The position numbers and the translations under genes are program-made. From positions 3,168,001 to 3,232,000 of the forward strand of contig OZ245015.1 in the NCBI GenBank assembly GCA_965223705.1: 64,000 bases of DNA, written 5' to 3'. Under the pieces are notes generated by a model. The model saw only the letters and a list, made by a program, of their open reading frames with translations. It did not search any database and had not been told where the DNA came from. Positions within the stretch are counted from its first letter, which is position 1; every line of letters begins with the position of its first letter. This DNA is from Myxococcota bacterium (lineage in GTDB: Bacteria; Myxococcota_A; UBA9160; UBA6930). Below, piece after piece: positions 40,832-50,300 of this stretch.

Positions 40832-42544
40832 TTACGCGCTTCCGTGTCGCAGGAGCTTACCGGGCGTCGAGCCCGTGCAGTCGCCCTCTTGGAACGTCAC
40901 CTCTCCGTTGACCATGATCCAGCGGTAGCCCGTCGCCTTGCGGATTCTCCGCCACTCGTTCGCCGGAAAATCGTGCGCGACTTCCGGATCGGTCGCCTGG
41001 AGGCTTTCGAAGTCGTAAATCACGAGGTCGGCGGGTCGACCTTCCGCGATCGTCCCGCGATCGTTGAAGCCCGCCATCTCCGAAGGAAGACCCGACAACC
41101 GGTAGTGCGCTTCCTCGAGGCTCATCATGTCCCGGTCCCGCACGAAGTCGGAAATGAACTCCGTCGTGAAAGCGCCGAGGGTGACGAACTTCGTGTGCGC
41201 TCCGCCGTCGGACACGCCGGGCACGGTGTACTTCGATTCGAAGATCTCGCGGTTGAGGTCCGTATCCGTGTTGAAGGGGGGCGTGAAGATCGTGGTTTGC
41301 AGCTTCTCATCGACGACAAGGTCGAGGAAAGCGTCGATCGGGTGCCGACCCTGGGCCTCTCCGAGCTGCTGCAGGTTCATCCCTTCCCACTTCTTGTTCT
41401 CGGCCTTGACCGTCTCGAGAACGGTGAACTCGCGAATCGGACCACACGCGACGGGCATGCGGCCGTGATCGTAGTCGTGCCGCAGACCTTCGCGAAGCGC
41501 GGGATCCTGCATCTTCTGCATCCGCTCTTCGACCGTGCCGAGGGTGACTTCCCGCCAGTCATCCTGTCCGTCGAGCAGGTTGAAGTCTTCGAACGTGTAC
41601 GTCAGGTCGTTCGGCGCCGTGGCCGCCTGCAAGTAGATCTTTATGCCCTGCTTCTGACACTCCTCGGCCCAATCGAGCAAGCGCCGGCTCTGGTGCGGGT
41701 GATAGTTGTTTGCGGCGACGACGTTGAAGAGAATCGGACCTCCGGAGCGCTCACCGAGTTTCGCCAAGAACTTGAGATCCTCGCGGAAGTCGTCTTTCGC
41801 CTGGGTGATCTGGATGTGGCCTCCGCCGCGCTTCTTCAGCACGTCGGCGAAGGCAAAGCACGTCTCATCGCTCATGCAGTCGGTCACCATCGGCGAACCG
41901 TCGAAGTCGCGCTGGACGGACGTAAAGCCGTCTCCCAGACGCTGGACGGACCAACCGCACGCGCCAGCGTCGAGGCCCGCCTCGAGAAGGCGACACATCT
42001 CCGCGAGCTCCTCGGCCGTGGGCTCGCGCTTCTTCGCGTCTTCGAGACCCATCACCCAGATCATCAGCGGGCCGACCGGAACGTACGAAATGACGTTCAC
42101 ACCCTTGGGCATACGTTCGAGAGAATCGAGCCATTCGGGGAAGGTCACCCAATCCCAGAGCATGCCCGCCTTCATCGAGTCGAAGGGGATCGCCTCGACA
42201 CGCGACATGCTGAGCATGGCGCGGTCGCGATTCTCAGGCGTAACCGGAGCGAAGCCAAAGCCGCAATTGCCGAGCACGAGCGACGTCACGCCGTGCCAAC
42301 CGGAGAGCGTGCAGTAGGGATCCCACTGGATCTGCGCGTCGTAGTGCGTGTGCAGGTCGACGAAGCCCGGCGCGACGACGAGGCCTTCCGCGTCGAGTAC
42401 GCGATCTGCATCGGCCGGGTCGAGGGACGACCGGGAAATCGCCGCGACCTTTCCGTCTCGGATCGCCAGGTCTCCGCGGAAGCGCGGGGCGCGGGTCCCG
42501 TCCACGATGGTGCCGTTCTGAATGATGGTGTCGTACTGGGCCAT
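40832..42544 (-). CDS. N-acyl-D-amino-acid deacylase-family amidohydrolase
   Basis: APGFVDLHTHYD, HGVTS..GNCG, SDGGAH, RG.I..G.PADL. Confidence 0.9.
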   Translation of the reverse strand: MAQYDTIIQNGTIVDGTRAPRFRGDLAIRDGKVAAISRSSLDPADADRVLDAEGLVVAPGFVDLHTHYDAQIQWDPYCTLSGWHGVTSLVLGNCGFGFAPVTPENRDRAMLSMSRVEAIPFDSMKAGMLWDWVTFPEWLDSLERMPKGVNVISYVPVGPLMIWVMGLEDAKKREPTAEELAEMCRLLEAGLDAGACGWSVQRLGDGFTSVQRDFDGSPMVTDCMSDETCFAFADVLKKRGGGHIQITQAKDDFREDLKFLAKLGERSGGPILFNVVAANNYHPHQSRRLLDWAEECQKQGIKIYLQAATAPNDLTYTFEDFNLLDGQDDWREVTLGTVEERMQKMQDPALREGLRHDYDHGRMPVACGPIREFTVLETVKAENKKWEGMNLQQLGEAQGRHPIDAFLDLVVDEKLQTTIFTPPFNTDTDLNREIFESKYTVPGVSDGGAHTKFVTLGAFTTEFISDFVRDRDMMSLEEAHYRLSGLPSEMAGFNDRGTIAEGRPADLVIYDFESLQATDPEVAHDFPANEWRRIRKATGYRWIMVNGEVTFQEGDCTGSTPGKLLRHGSA

Positions 42545-42664
42545 GGGGTCTCCTGAGGATCCGCCGGCGGCAGGCGCACGGGCGGGAGGTTGGAGTCATC
42601 GTAGTCCTCGGCCTATGATCCGTAAACACTGTCAATGCGATCGTTACGATCGGTTTTTCGATTA

Positions 42665-43603
42665 ATGGAGACCCCCGTGGATCACCGCGAAGAACTCGAG
42701 GCCCTCGTCGAAACCGCGCGGATCGGAAACATGCGGCGAGCCGCCGAACGCCTCGGCCTCTCCCAGTCGACGTTGTCGGAGGCGATCACCCGCCTCGAGG
42801 GTTCCTACGGAGCGCGCCTCTTCTCGCGCGATCGTCGCGGTACACGCCCGACGGCGTACGGCGAGGTGGTCGTAGAAGCCGCCGAGCGCGCCCTGCGGAT
42901 GCTCGTGGCCGCTCGGAGGGAGGTGGGCCTGATCAAAGGCGCCGAATCCGGGCGCCTCGCGGTGGGCGGAGAGCCCGCGCTGATCGGCGCGTATTTGGCC
43001 GACGCGATTGCGCGCAGCTTGAACCGCTTCCCGAAATTGCGCTTCCGCCTGCACCCGGCCGACGCGGCGGGGGCTATCGAGGAATTGAGGGAACGACAGG
43101 TCGATATCGTCTTCGGACTGCGCCCGGACGGCCCGACGGAGGGAATGACGCTACGAGAGGTCGGTACGGCGCACGTCGTTCCTTTCGCGCGCGCCGGTCA
43201 TGCGCTGTCCGCTGCGGGGCGACGAGACCTCCGTGAGGTCTTCGAGTTTCCCATCGCCCAGGGAGCGGCACCTCGTTGGTATCTCAATCGTTTGGCGGAA
43301 ACGCTCGGCGGAGCCGACACGCGCAAGCGGCTGCCGAACGCAGCGGTCATCGTCAGCGATTTCTGGGCCGTGCGCGCGATCGTACGCCGGAGTGACGCCG
43401 TCGGGTTCTTTCCGCTGGCGACGCTGCAGGAGGATCTCGATCGCGCCGAGCTCGTTCGGATCGAGCTCAAGCCCGAACAGGAGAGGCTCCTCCGCGTCCC
43501 ACTGATCATCGCGACCCTGGAGGACCGCGCCCTGCCCCCTCTCGCCGCTCACCTGATCGGCGAGCTCGAGCGCGTCATCACGAGCCTCTCACCAGACCGG
43601 TAG
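42665..43603 (+). CDS. LysR family regulator
   Basis: AAERLGLSQSTLSEAI.RLE...LFSR..RG..PT..G. Confidence 0.88.
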   Translation: METPVDHREELEALVETARIGNMRRAAERLGLSQSTLSEAITRLEGSYGARLFSRDRRGTRPTAYGEVVVEAAERALRMLVAARREVGLIKGAESGRLAVGGEPALIGAYLADAIARSLNRFPKLRFRLHPADAAGAIEELRERQVDIVFGLRPDGPTEGMTLREVGTAHVVPFARAGHALSAAGRRDLREVFEFPIAQGAAPRWYLNRLAETLGGADTRKRLPNAAVIVSDFWAVRAIVRRSDAVGFFPLATLQEDLDRAELVRIELKPEQERLLRVPLIIATLEDRALPPLAAHLIGELERVITSLSPDR

Positions 43604-43629
43604 GGCACACGCGCAAGGGCGGTGGTGGC

Positions 43630-44727
43630 TCAGAAGGCGCCCGGGCGGCCGCGGCGCCTCAGTTTCCAGACGAAGCGCGAGGCGCCGAGATCGAGGCGAT
43701 CGGAAACGTCGATTCGGAAGTCGCGGTCGTGGACGGCGAGGACACCTTCGAGAACACCGCGCCAACCCTCGAACCACTCCGGCTGACATTCTCCTTCGAG
43801 CCCGCGAAACAACCGCCAGTTCATCTGTTCGATGCGCGCTTCGTCGTCATTCGTCTCGAGCGTGACCTCATCGCCGTGGGCTGCCAGCAAGGTCGCCAAG
43901 AGTGCGGGCGGCGATCGCTCCTCCGAAAGCTCCGCGACACGTTGCGCGTACTGCATTCCGATCCGCCGTCCGACGCGATAGAGCACCGTGCGACATTCGA
44001 GGGGCCCGAGCCGCTCGGCGAGGACCGGGACGATATTCCGGATGTAGTCCATCGCGTAGTTCCGCTCGACCTTGGCCAAACGCTCCGGCGGCCAGGCCGA
44101 CGCCGGCAGTTCCGGCAACGCCTCCGCTCGGATCGGGGGACACATCTCCCCAAAACGAAAGCGAACGCGCTCCTCGGGAGCGAGCGGGCGGTCTTCCTCG
44201 ATGTAGTAGCCCTCGAGTCCCGGTGCACCGTCCATCGTTTGACCTGTGCACACGAAGCCGAGCTTCGGGTTTCCGAGAGAGACTCCGTTGTGGCCGTGCC
44301 AAGCAAAAAGCATCGCCCGAGCGACGTCCGTGGGAATCGCAGCCAGCGCCGTCCCATCGAAGATCCAGCGTGGGGGCAGATACCGGACCCAGGCTTTCCG
44401 GTCCGTCTCCCGGACGTAGGCGACTCGCACCCCGCCCAAGTGGTTCGACAGGTAGTGATATTTCGCGCATGCGACGGCCGGCGGATCGTCCGCGAGGCCG
44501 AGCTTTTCGAGCCCTGGCAGAAAGCGCTCAAGGTGTTGTCGGCGAAACAACCCGAACAGGACGTCGGCCGCCTGACTCGGCCCGCGATCGACGATGAGAT
44601 CCAGGATCAAACCGGTGAGATAGCGGTGGTAGAGCTCCGCTAACGCGGCGTAGGCGCGGCCATTCTCGGCGACCGGCGTCGCCCGGGGCTGTGTCGCCGC
44701 GCGGGTGTTACGCTCGGGGGGTGTCAC
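43630..44727 (-). CDS. hypothetical protein (start uncertain)
   Basis: 365-aa ORF with protein-like composition filling the gap; YHYLSNHLGG and RYLPPRW segments; no family recognised. Confidence 0.7.
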   Translation of the reverse strand: MTPPERNTRAATQPRATPVAENGRAYAALAELYHRYLTGLILDLIVDRGPSQAADVLFGLFRRQHLERFLPGLEKLGLADDPPAVACAKYHYLSNHLGGVRVAYVRETDRKAWVRYLPPRWIFDGTALAAIPTDVARAMLFAWHGHNGVSLGNPKLGFVCTGQTMDGAPGLEGYYIEEDRPLAPEERVRFRFGEMCPPIRAEALPELPASAWPPERLAKVERNYAMDYIRNIVPVLAERLGPLECRTVLYRVGRRIGMQYAQRVAELSEERSPPALLATLLAAHGDEVTLETNDDEARIEQMNWRLFRGLEGECQPEWFEGWRGVLEGVLAVHDRDFRIDVSDRLDLGASRFVWKLRRRGRPGAF

Positions 44728-45593
44728 AGGAAGAGCACCGCGTCGATCCGCTGCGTTTCACGGGCCGCACGATCGGGCGACTGATTACGGAACGCATCGA
44801 AGCCGAGAAGCCGGTCACCGATTTCCCCTGGACGCCGATCGAAAGGCCCCTTTCCGAGGCCAGGGTCGCGCTGCTCTCGACGGCGGGCATCTCGATGCGG
44901 GGGGATCCGCCGTTCGACATGGAAGGCGAGCGCAAGCGGCCGACGTGGGGCGACCCGAGCTGGCGCGCGATTCGGGCGGACGCCACGCCTGCTGACGTCG
45001 AGATCCATCACCTGCATATCGACACAGGCTACGCGAAACGCGATCTGAATGTCGCCCTGCCGATCGATCGCCTGCGGGAGCTCGCGGCAGCTGGCGTGGT
45101 GGGCTCCTCTGCTTCGCGCCACTACGCGATCATGGGTTTCCAAGGCAACGACCCGATGCGCGTCGTACGCGAGAGCGCAGACGAGATCGCCGCCTCTTGC
45201 CGTGAAGAAGGCGTCGATCTGCTGGCACTGGCGCCGGTCTGACCCGACTGCTGCCGGTCGGTCGGACTGGTCGCGCGACGGATCGAGGAGCTGGGCACTG
45301 CGACGGTGTGCGTCAACTTGCTCTGGAGCTTCCAGAAAATCGTCGGCATGGCGCGCGTCGCGGCGGTCGAACACCCGTTCGGTCGTCCCTTTGGCGACGT
45401 CGGCGATGCGGAGACACAGCGGGCCGTGCTGCGCGCCGCGCTCGAATTCGCGGCGCGCTGCCGCGCGCCGGGCGAAGTTGCGCACCTGCCGTTTCGGTGG
45501 CACGAAGAACCGAAGCAGACGAAATGGCATCCCCCGGAGCCCGCACCGATCATCCAGCTCATGAAGGCGCAGCTCGCGAAGAAAACCCGCTGA
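44721..45593 (+). CDS. PrdB/GrdB-like (reductase selenoprotein B family) selenoprotein, Sec at codon 174
   Basis: PWTP..RPLSEARVALLSTAG, DLNVALPIDRLREL, LAPV-TGA(45240-45242)-PDCCRSVGLVARRIEELG continues in frame to PFGRPFG. Confidence 0.88.
45253..45271 (+). promoter_or_regulatory. putative bacterial SECIS of the PrdB-like gene
   Basis: GCCGGUC-GGUCG-GACUGGU 7-bp stem with 2 G-U pairs, starts at +11, loop GGU at +18. Confidence 0.65.
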
Positions 45594-45632
45594 CGGGCGC
45601 AGGCCGACGATCGCCCGACCGAGGAGACCCGC

Positions 45633-47369
45633 ATGCATGATCTCGTGATTCGTTCCGGACGCATTGTCGATGGCAGCGGCCAGACCTGTGAGACGGGAGA
45701 CATCGCGATCGACGGCGGTCGTATCCGACAAGTCGGGGGCCGCGCGGGCCCGGCCCGCCAAGAAATCGTCGCCGACGGAGCCCTGGTGACTCCGGGATTT
45801 GTCGACGTACACACCCACTACGACGGTCAAGCCACGTGGGATCCCCATCTGTCGCCTTCGGGATGGCACGGCATCACGACCGTCGTCATGGGCAATTGCG
45901 GCGTCGGCTTCGCCCCCGCGCATCCGGACAAACGCGACTGGCTCATTCAGTTGATGGAAGGCGTGGAAGACATTCCCGGCAGCGCGCTCGCGGAGGGCAT
46001 CCGCTGGGAGTGGGAAACCTTCCCCGAGTATCTCGATGCGATCGAGCGCTTTCCGCGCGCCGTTGACGTGGGCACCCAGGTTCCCCACGGAGCTGTCCGT
46101 GGCTACGTCATGGGCGAACGTGGCGCTGCAAACGAGGACCCCACCGACGAGGACATCGCGGCCATGGCTGCCATCGTCGAGGAAGGACTCCGCGCCGGCG
46201 CCTTGGGATTCACGTCTTCACGCACCATGCTGCACCGCGCGAAAGACGGCGAACCGGTTCCCGGGACGTTCGCCGGCCACGAGGAACTCATGGGATTGGG
46301 TCGCGCGTGCGGTCGCGCGGGCCACGGTGTCTTCGAACTCGCCGGCGATTTCGGCATCGGCGGTATGCGCGGCCGGTTTCATGACGACGTCGTGTGGATG
46401 CGCGATTTGTCCCGCGAAACGGGCCTGCCCGTGAGTTTCGTCGTTGCCCAGGCCAGCCATCAGCCCGACGAGTGGCGAGAGATCTTTCGTTGGCTGGAGG
46501 GCGCTGTCGCGGCGGGCGCGAATTTGCGCGCGCAGGTGGCGACACGGCCGGCGGGCATGCTGCTCAACTTCGGAAATCCGATGCATCCGTTCAAGAGCCA
46601 TCCGACGTATCGCGCCGTCGAGCACCTCCCCTTCGCAGATCGGATCGCCGCACTCTCGAAGCCCGAAGTTCGGGCGCGGCTCGTGGGGGAATCCGCCGAA
46701 GCAACGGGCAAGTTCGATGCCTTCTTCATCCGACACTTCGAAAACATGTACCCGCTCGGCGATCCTCCGGATTACGAGCCGACCGCGGACGCGAGCATCG
46801 CCGGGATCGCGACGCGGACAGGCCGCGAGCCTCAAGCGGTTCTACTCGACGCGATGCTCGCGAACGGTGGAACCGATTTCGTGTACTACCCGATCATCAA
46901 CTACGCGGAAGCGAGCTTTGAGCCGATCCGCGAGATGTTGTGCCATCCGCTGGCCCTGCTCAGTCTCTCCGATGGCGGAGCTCATTGCGGCGTGATCTGC
47001 GACGCGAGCTCGCCCTCCTACATGTTGAGCTATTGGGTACGCGATCGTTCGCGCGGTCCACGCTTGCCGCTCGAGTTCGCGGTGAAGCTTCAGACCCGGG
47101 ACACCGCCGTTGCGTACGGTCTCCACGATCGCGGTCTCCTCGCTCCGGGCATGCGAGCGGACGTCAATGTGATCGACCTCGACAACCTCCGCCTTCACGC
47201 ACCCGAGGCGGTACACGATCTCCCGGCGAGTGGGCGCCGGCTCGTACAGCGAGCCGACGGCTACCTCGCGACGGTGCAGTCGGGAGAGGTGACGTACCGA
47301 GACGGCGAAGCGACCGGGGCCCTGCCCGGTCGCCTCATCCGCGGCCCCCAGGCAGCGCCTACGCACTAA
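45633..47369 (+). CDS. N-acyl-D-amino-acid deacylase-family amidohydrolase
   Basis: [38 protein letters not shown]. Confidence 0.9.
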   Translation: MHDLVIRSGRIVDGSGQTCETGDIAIDGGRIRQVGGRAGPARQEIVADGALVTPGFVDVHTHYDGQATWDPHLSPSGWHGITTVVMGNCGVGFAPAHPDKRDWLIQLMEGVEDIPGSALAEGIRWEWETFPEYLDAIERFPRAVDVGTQVPHGAVRGYVMGERGAANEDPTDEDIAAMAAIVEEGLRAGALGFTSSRTMLHRAKDGEPVPGTFAGHEELMGLGRACGRAGHGVFELAGDFGIGGMRGRFHDDVVWMRDLSRETGLPVSFVVAQASHQPDEWREIFRWLEGAVAAGANLRAQVATRPAGMLLNFGNPMHPFKSHPTYRAVEHLPFADRIAALSKPEVRARLVGESAEATGKFDAFFIRHFENMYPLGDPPDYEPTADASIAGIATRTGREPQAVLLDAMLANGGTDFVYYPIINYAEASFEPIREMLCHPLALLSLSDGGAHCGVICDASSPSYMLSYWVRDRSRGPRLPLEFAVKLQTRDTAVAYGLHDRGLLAPGMRADVNVIDLDNLRLHAPEAVHDLPASGRRLVQRADGYLATVQSGEVTYRDGEATGALPGRLIRGPQAAPTH

Positions 47370-50300
47370 GGCGCGGGATCGAGCTCCCGCACGTAGGCGG
47401 CGAGTTCAGCCCGCTGCTGTGCCGAAAGGCCGGCGGCGCCGCCGTGCGCCGCGATCGCTTCCTCGAGCGTCTCGGCGGACCCGTTGTGCAAATACGGCGC
47501 CGTTCCGAAGGCGCCGCGGAGCCCGGGCGTGTCGAGTCCGGTGAGCGGCGCGCCGGGCCTTCCGCTGTCGGGCACAACCAGCGTACCGACGTTGTGACTC
47601 ACCCCGCTCGCGCTGTCGGTGAGCTGCGAACCCGTGTGGCAGCTCGCGCACGCCGTGCCGAAGAGCGCCTCGCCGGCCTGCGCCGCCGTCGTCATGGTTC
47701 CGTCCCCGTTCCGATGCGGGCTGAAATCGGTGAACGCGAGCGATGCGACGTACGCGGCCAGGGCGTCGAGATCCGCGCTGATTCCCGCTTTGGGATCGCC
47801 GAGGGGTTGTGAGCGCGTTCCGGTGTTGAACTCCGCGTCCGTCATGAGCCCGCTGCCTCCGCCGAGGGTGCGAATTTGGCTCTCGAAATCCTGAACTTCG
47901 TCGAAGTTCGCGGTCCAGTGGAGCCGTCCGTGCGCCGCCCCTCCGCGGCCGCGGAGCGAGATCGTGTTGCGCAGGCCCTCGTCGAAGCTCGTAAAATCCC
48001 ACACCCGGCCGTCATCGTCGCCTTCGTTGTGACAGCTGGCGCAACTCAGGTAGTTGTCGGTTGCCAAGCGATCATCGGCGGCATCATAGAAGTGCTGTTT
48101 GCCCAGCAAGATCGTCGGTGACAGCGTTTCCGTCGCCACGACCGAAGCCGTTACGAGCCGTGGCGCGCTCGGTGCACCCGCGCTGACCAGGGTCGCGATG
48201 TCGTGGATCCCGATGGAGCGATCCATGAACTCGTGCACATACAGACGCGTGCCGTCCGCTGAGACCGCGACGCCCTGGGGCGCGCGCCCGACCGGAATCC
48301 GCACGATCTCGGACGGACCGTTCAGATCCAGCACCCCGACCTCGCGGCTCGTTTCGAGCGCGACGAACAGATAGCGGCCGTCCGGCGAGAACGCGGCGCC
48401 GGTCGCCAGGCTCGCGTTGTCGTGGTCCCAGCGTGTAGCCACGGAAGTAGCACCCGTCGCGAGGTCGATTCTCGACGTCACGGCTCGGACCGTGGAATCG
48501 AAATCGAGCTCACCGCCGCCGCGCAATGCGCCGGCGAGGATGTTGTCCTGCTTCGAGGGTACGAAGCCCATGCTTCCGTCGGGCGAGATCACCAGTGCGT
48601 TCAAGTAGTTCGGAACGCCCGGTCCGCTCACCTCGGTCGGCGGCGCACCGCTGTGCGGCAGCAACCACGTATCCTGCCACGTCAAACTCGAGGCATCGAT
48701 CACGAGCACTTCGCCGCCGCCGCCGGCGACCGTCACGGACGCGGTCGATTCGCCGATGAGCGGAGGCGTGACGAAACGCGTCACGTAGACGCGCGAGCCG
48801 TCCGCCGACACCGAGACGTGTCGGGGGCGGACACCGATCGCAACCGCGGCTTCCGTGGCTCCCGTGACGCGATTGATCCGCACCAACTGCCCCGACGCTT
48901 CGAGGACGACAAAGAGCGTGTCACTGCCCGGAGCGAACGCCAACCCGTGGGGTTGGCTTCCCCGCGGCAGACCGACGACGCGCGTGACGGAGAGCGTTCC
49001 CGTGTCGATCACGCTGATCGTCGACGAACCTTTGTTCGCCACCCAGACCTCGTCGGCGAGGGGCGCTTTCGCGAGAGCCCAGGGCCTCGCGCCGACGGGA
49101 ACTTCGGCGAGCGTCGCGCCAGCCGCGCTTACGACGCCTACGCTGTCGTTGTCGGGGTTGACGTTCCAAGCACGCTCGGCGCCGCTGCTGTCTTCGAGGA
49201 GCAAGGTGCTCGACGCGGTGGGTGCGCCCGCGCCACCCGGGGTGAGCAGTCGCGCATCGGCCCAGTTGCCCTGATCGCCGCAGATATCACCCTGCGCGTT
49301 GTCGACGACCAACCGCAGCTCGTTCACGCCGGTGACGTCCAGGTCGACCGACTGCGTCGCGCTGTCGGGCGCGAGTGTCGAGCTGGTGAACGCCTGCACG
49401 GCGTCGAGGTACACCTCGAAGCGCACCGATCCGCACTGCCCGTCTTGGATGTCGTCCACGCCGATATCCGAGAGGAACCGCACGTAGCTGCCAGCCAGAT
49501 CGATCACGATCTCGGAATCGGCGTGAGCGCCGATTCCCTTCACGTAGGTCGTGCCATTCAAGGTGAGCGTGCCGCCGTCGGCGGGACCGGTCTCCCCATT
49601 GCTGCGGTCGCGTTCCGCCGGCCCCCAACCGTTCGTTTCCGAAAGCCAGGGCAAATCCGACAGGTAGACCGTCTGGCCCGGCGGTGGACCGGGCGGATCC
49701 GGCGGATCCGGCGGATCGGGCGGATCGGGCGGGTCCGGAGGATCGACGGGCTCTCCCGTGAGTAGTCGCGCGCCTGCCCAGTTGCCCTGATCGCCGCAGA
49801 TATCGCCCTGCGCATTGTCTTGTACCAAGCGGAGCTGTGATGCCCCGGTCACGTCGATATCGACGGACTGCGTTGCGGAGTCCGGGTACATGATCGGGCT
49901 CTCGTACGCGAGGGCGCTGTCGACGAAAACCCGGAAGATCACCGAACCACATTGGCCGTCTTGAATGTCGTCGATCCCGACGTCCGACAGAAAGCGCGTA
50001 TAAGCGCCGGCCAGGTCGATCACGATCTCCGAGTCGGCGTGCGCCCCGATTCCTTTGGCATAAGCGACACCGTTTAGCGTCAGCGTTCCGCCATCCGTCG
50101 CGCCTTGCTCGCCGTTGCTGCGATCTCTCTCCGCCGGTCCCCAGCCGTTCGTTTCCGACACCCAAGTGAGATCCGAGGCGTAGACGATGTCTCCCGTCGG
50201 TGGATCCACCGGAGGTGCTGTGGTGCGGACAACCTGGATCGTCTGCCCTACCGAAGGCACGCCGGCGCCGTCGATCGCGAAGAGCCAGTAGTAGCCGGGC

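Noticed and set aside
40439..40928. Small ORFs 40439-40816 (-) and 40548-40928 (+)
   Set aside because: They overlap neighbouring genes, are Arg/Ser/Gly-rich and show no motifs or clear RBS.
35609..45593. Calling the split peroxiredoxin, AhpD-like and PrdB-like genes pseudogenes
   Set aside because: Each has a single TGA at the catalytic position, no frameshifts and a downstream hairpin; four independent cases make random decay unlikely.
49690..49745. 9-bp tandem repeat as a CRISPR or contingency locus
   Set aside because: It encodes an in-frame Asp-Pro-Pro linker with synonymous variation and has no spacers.
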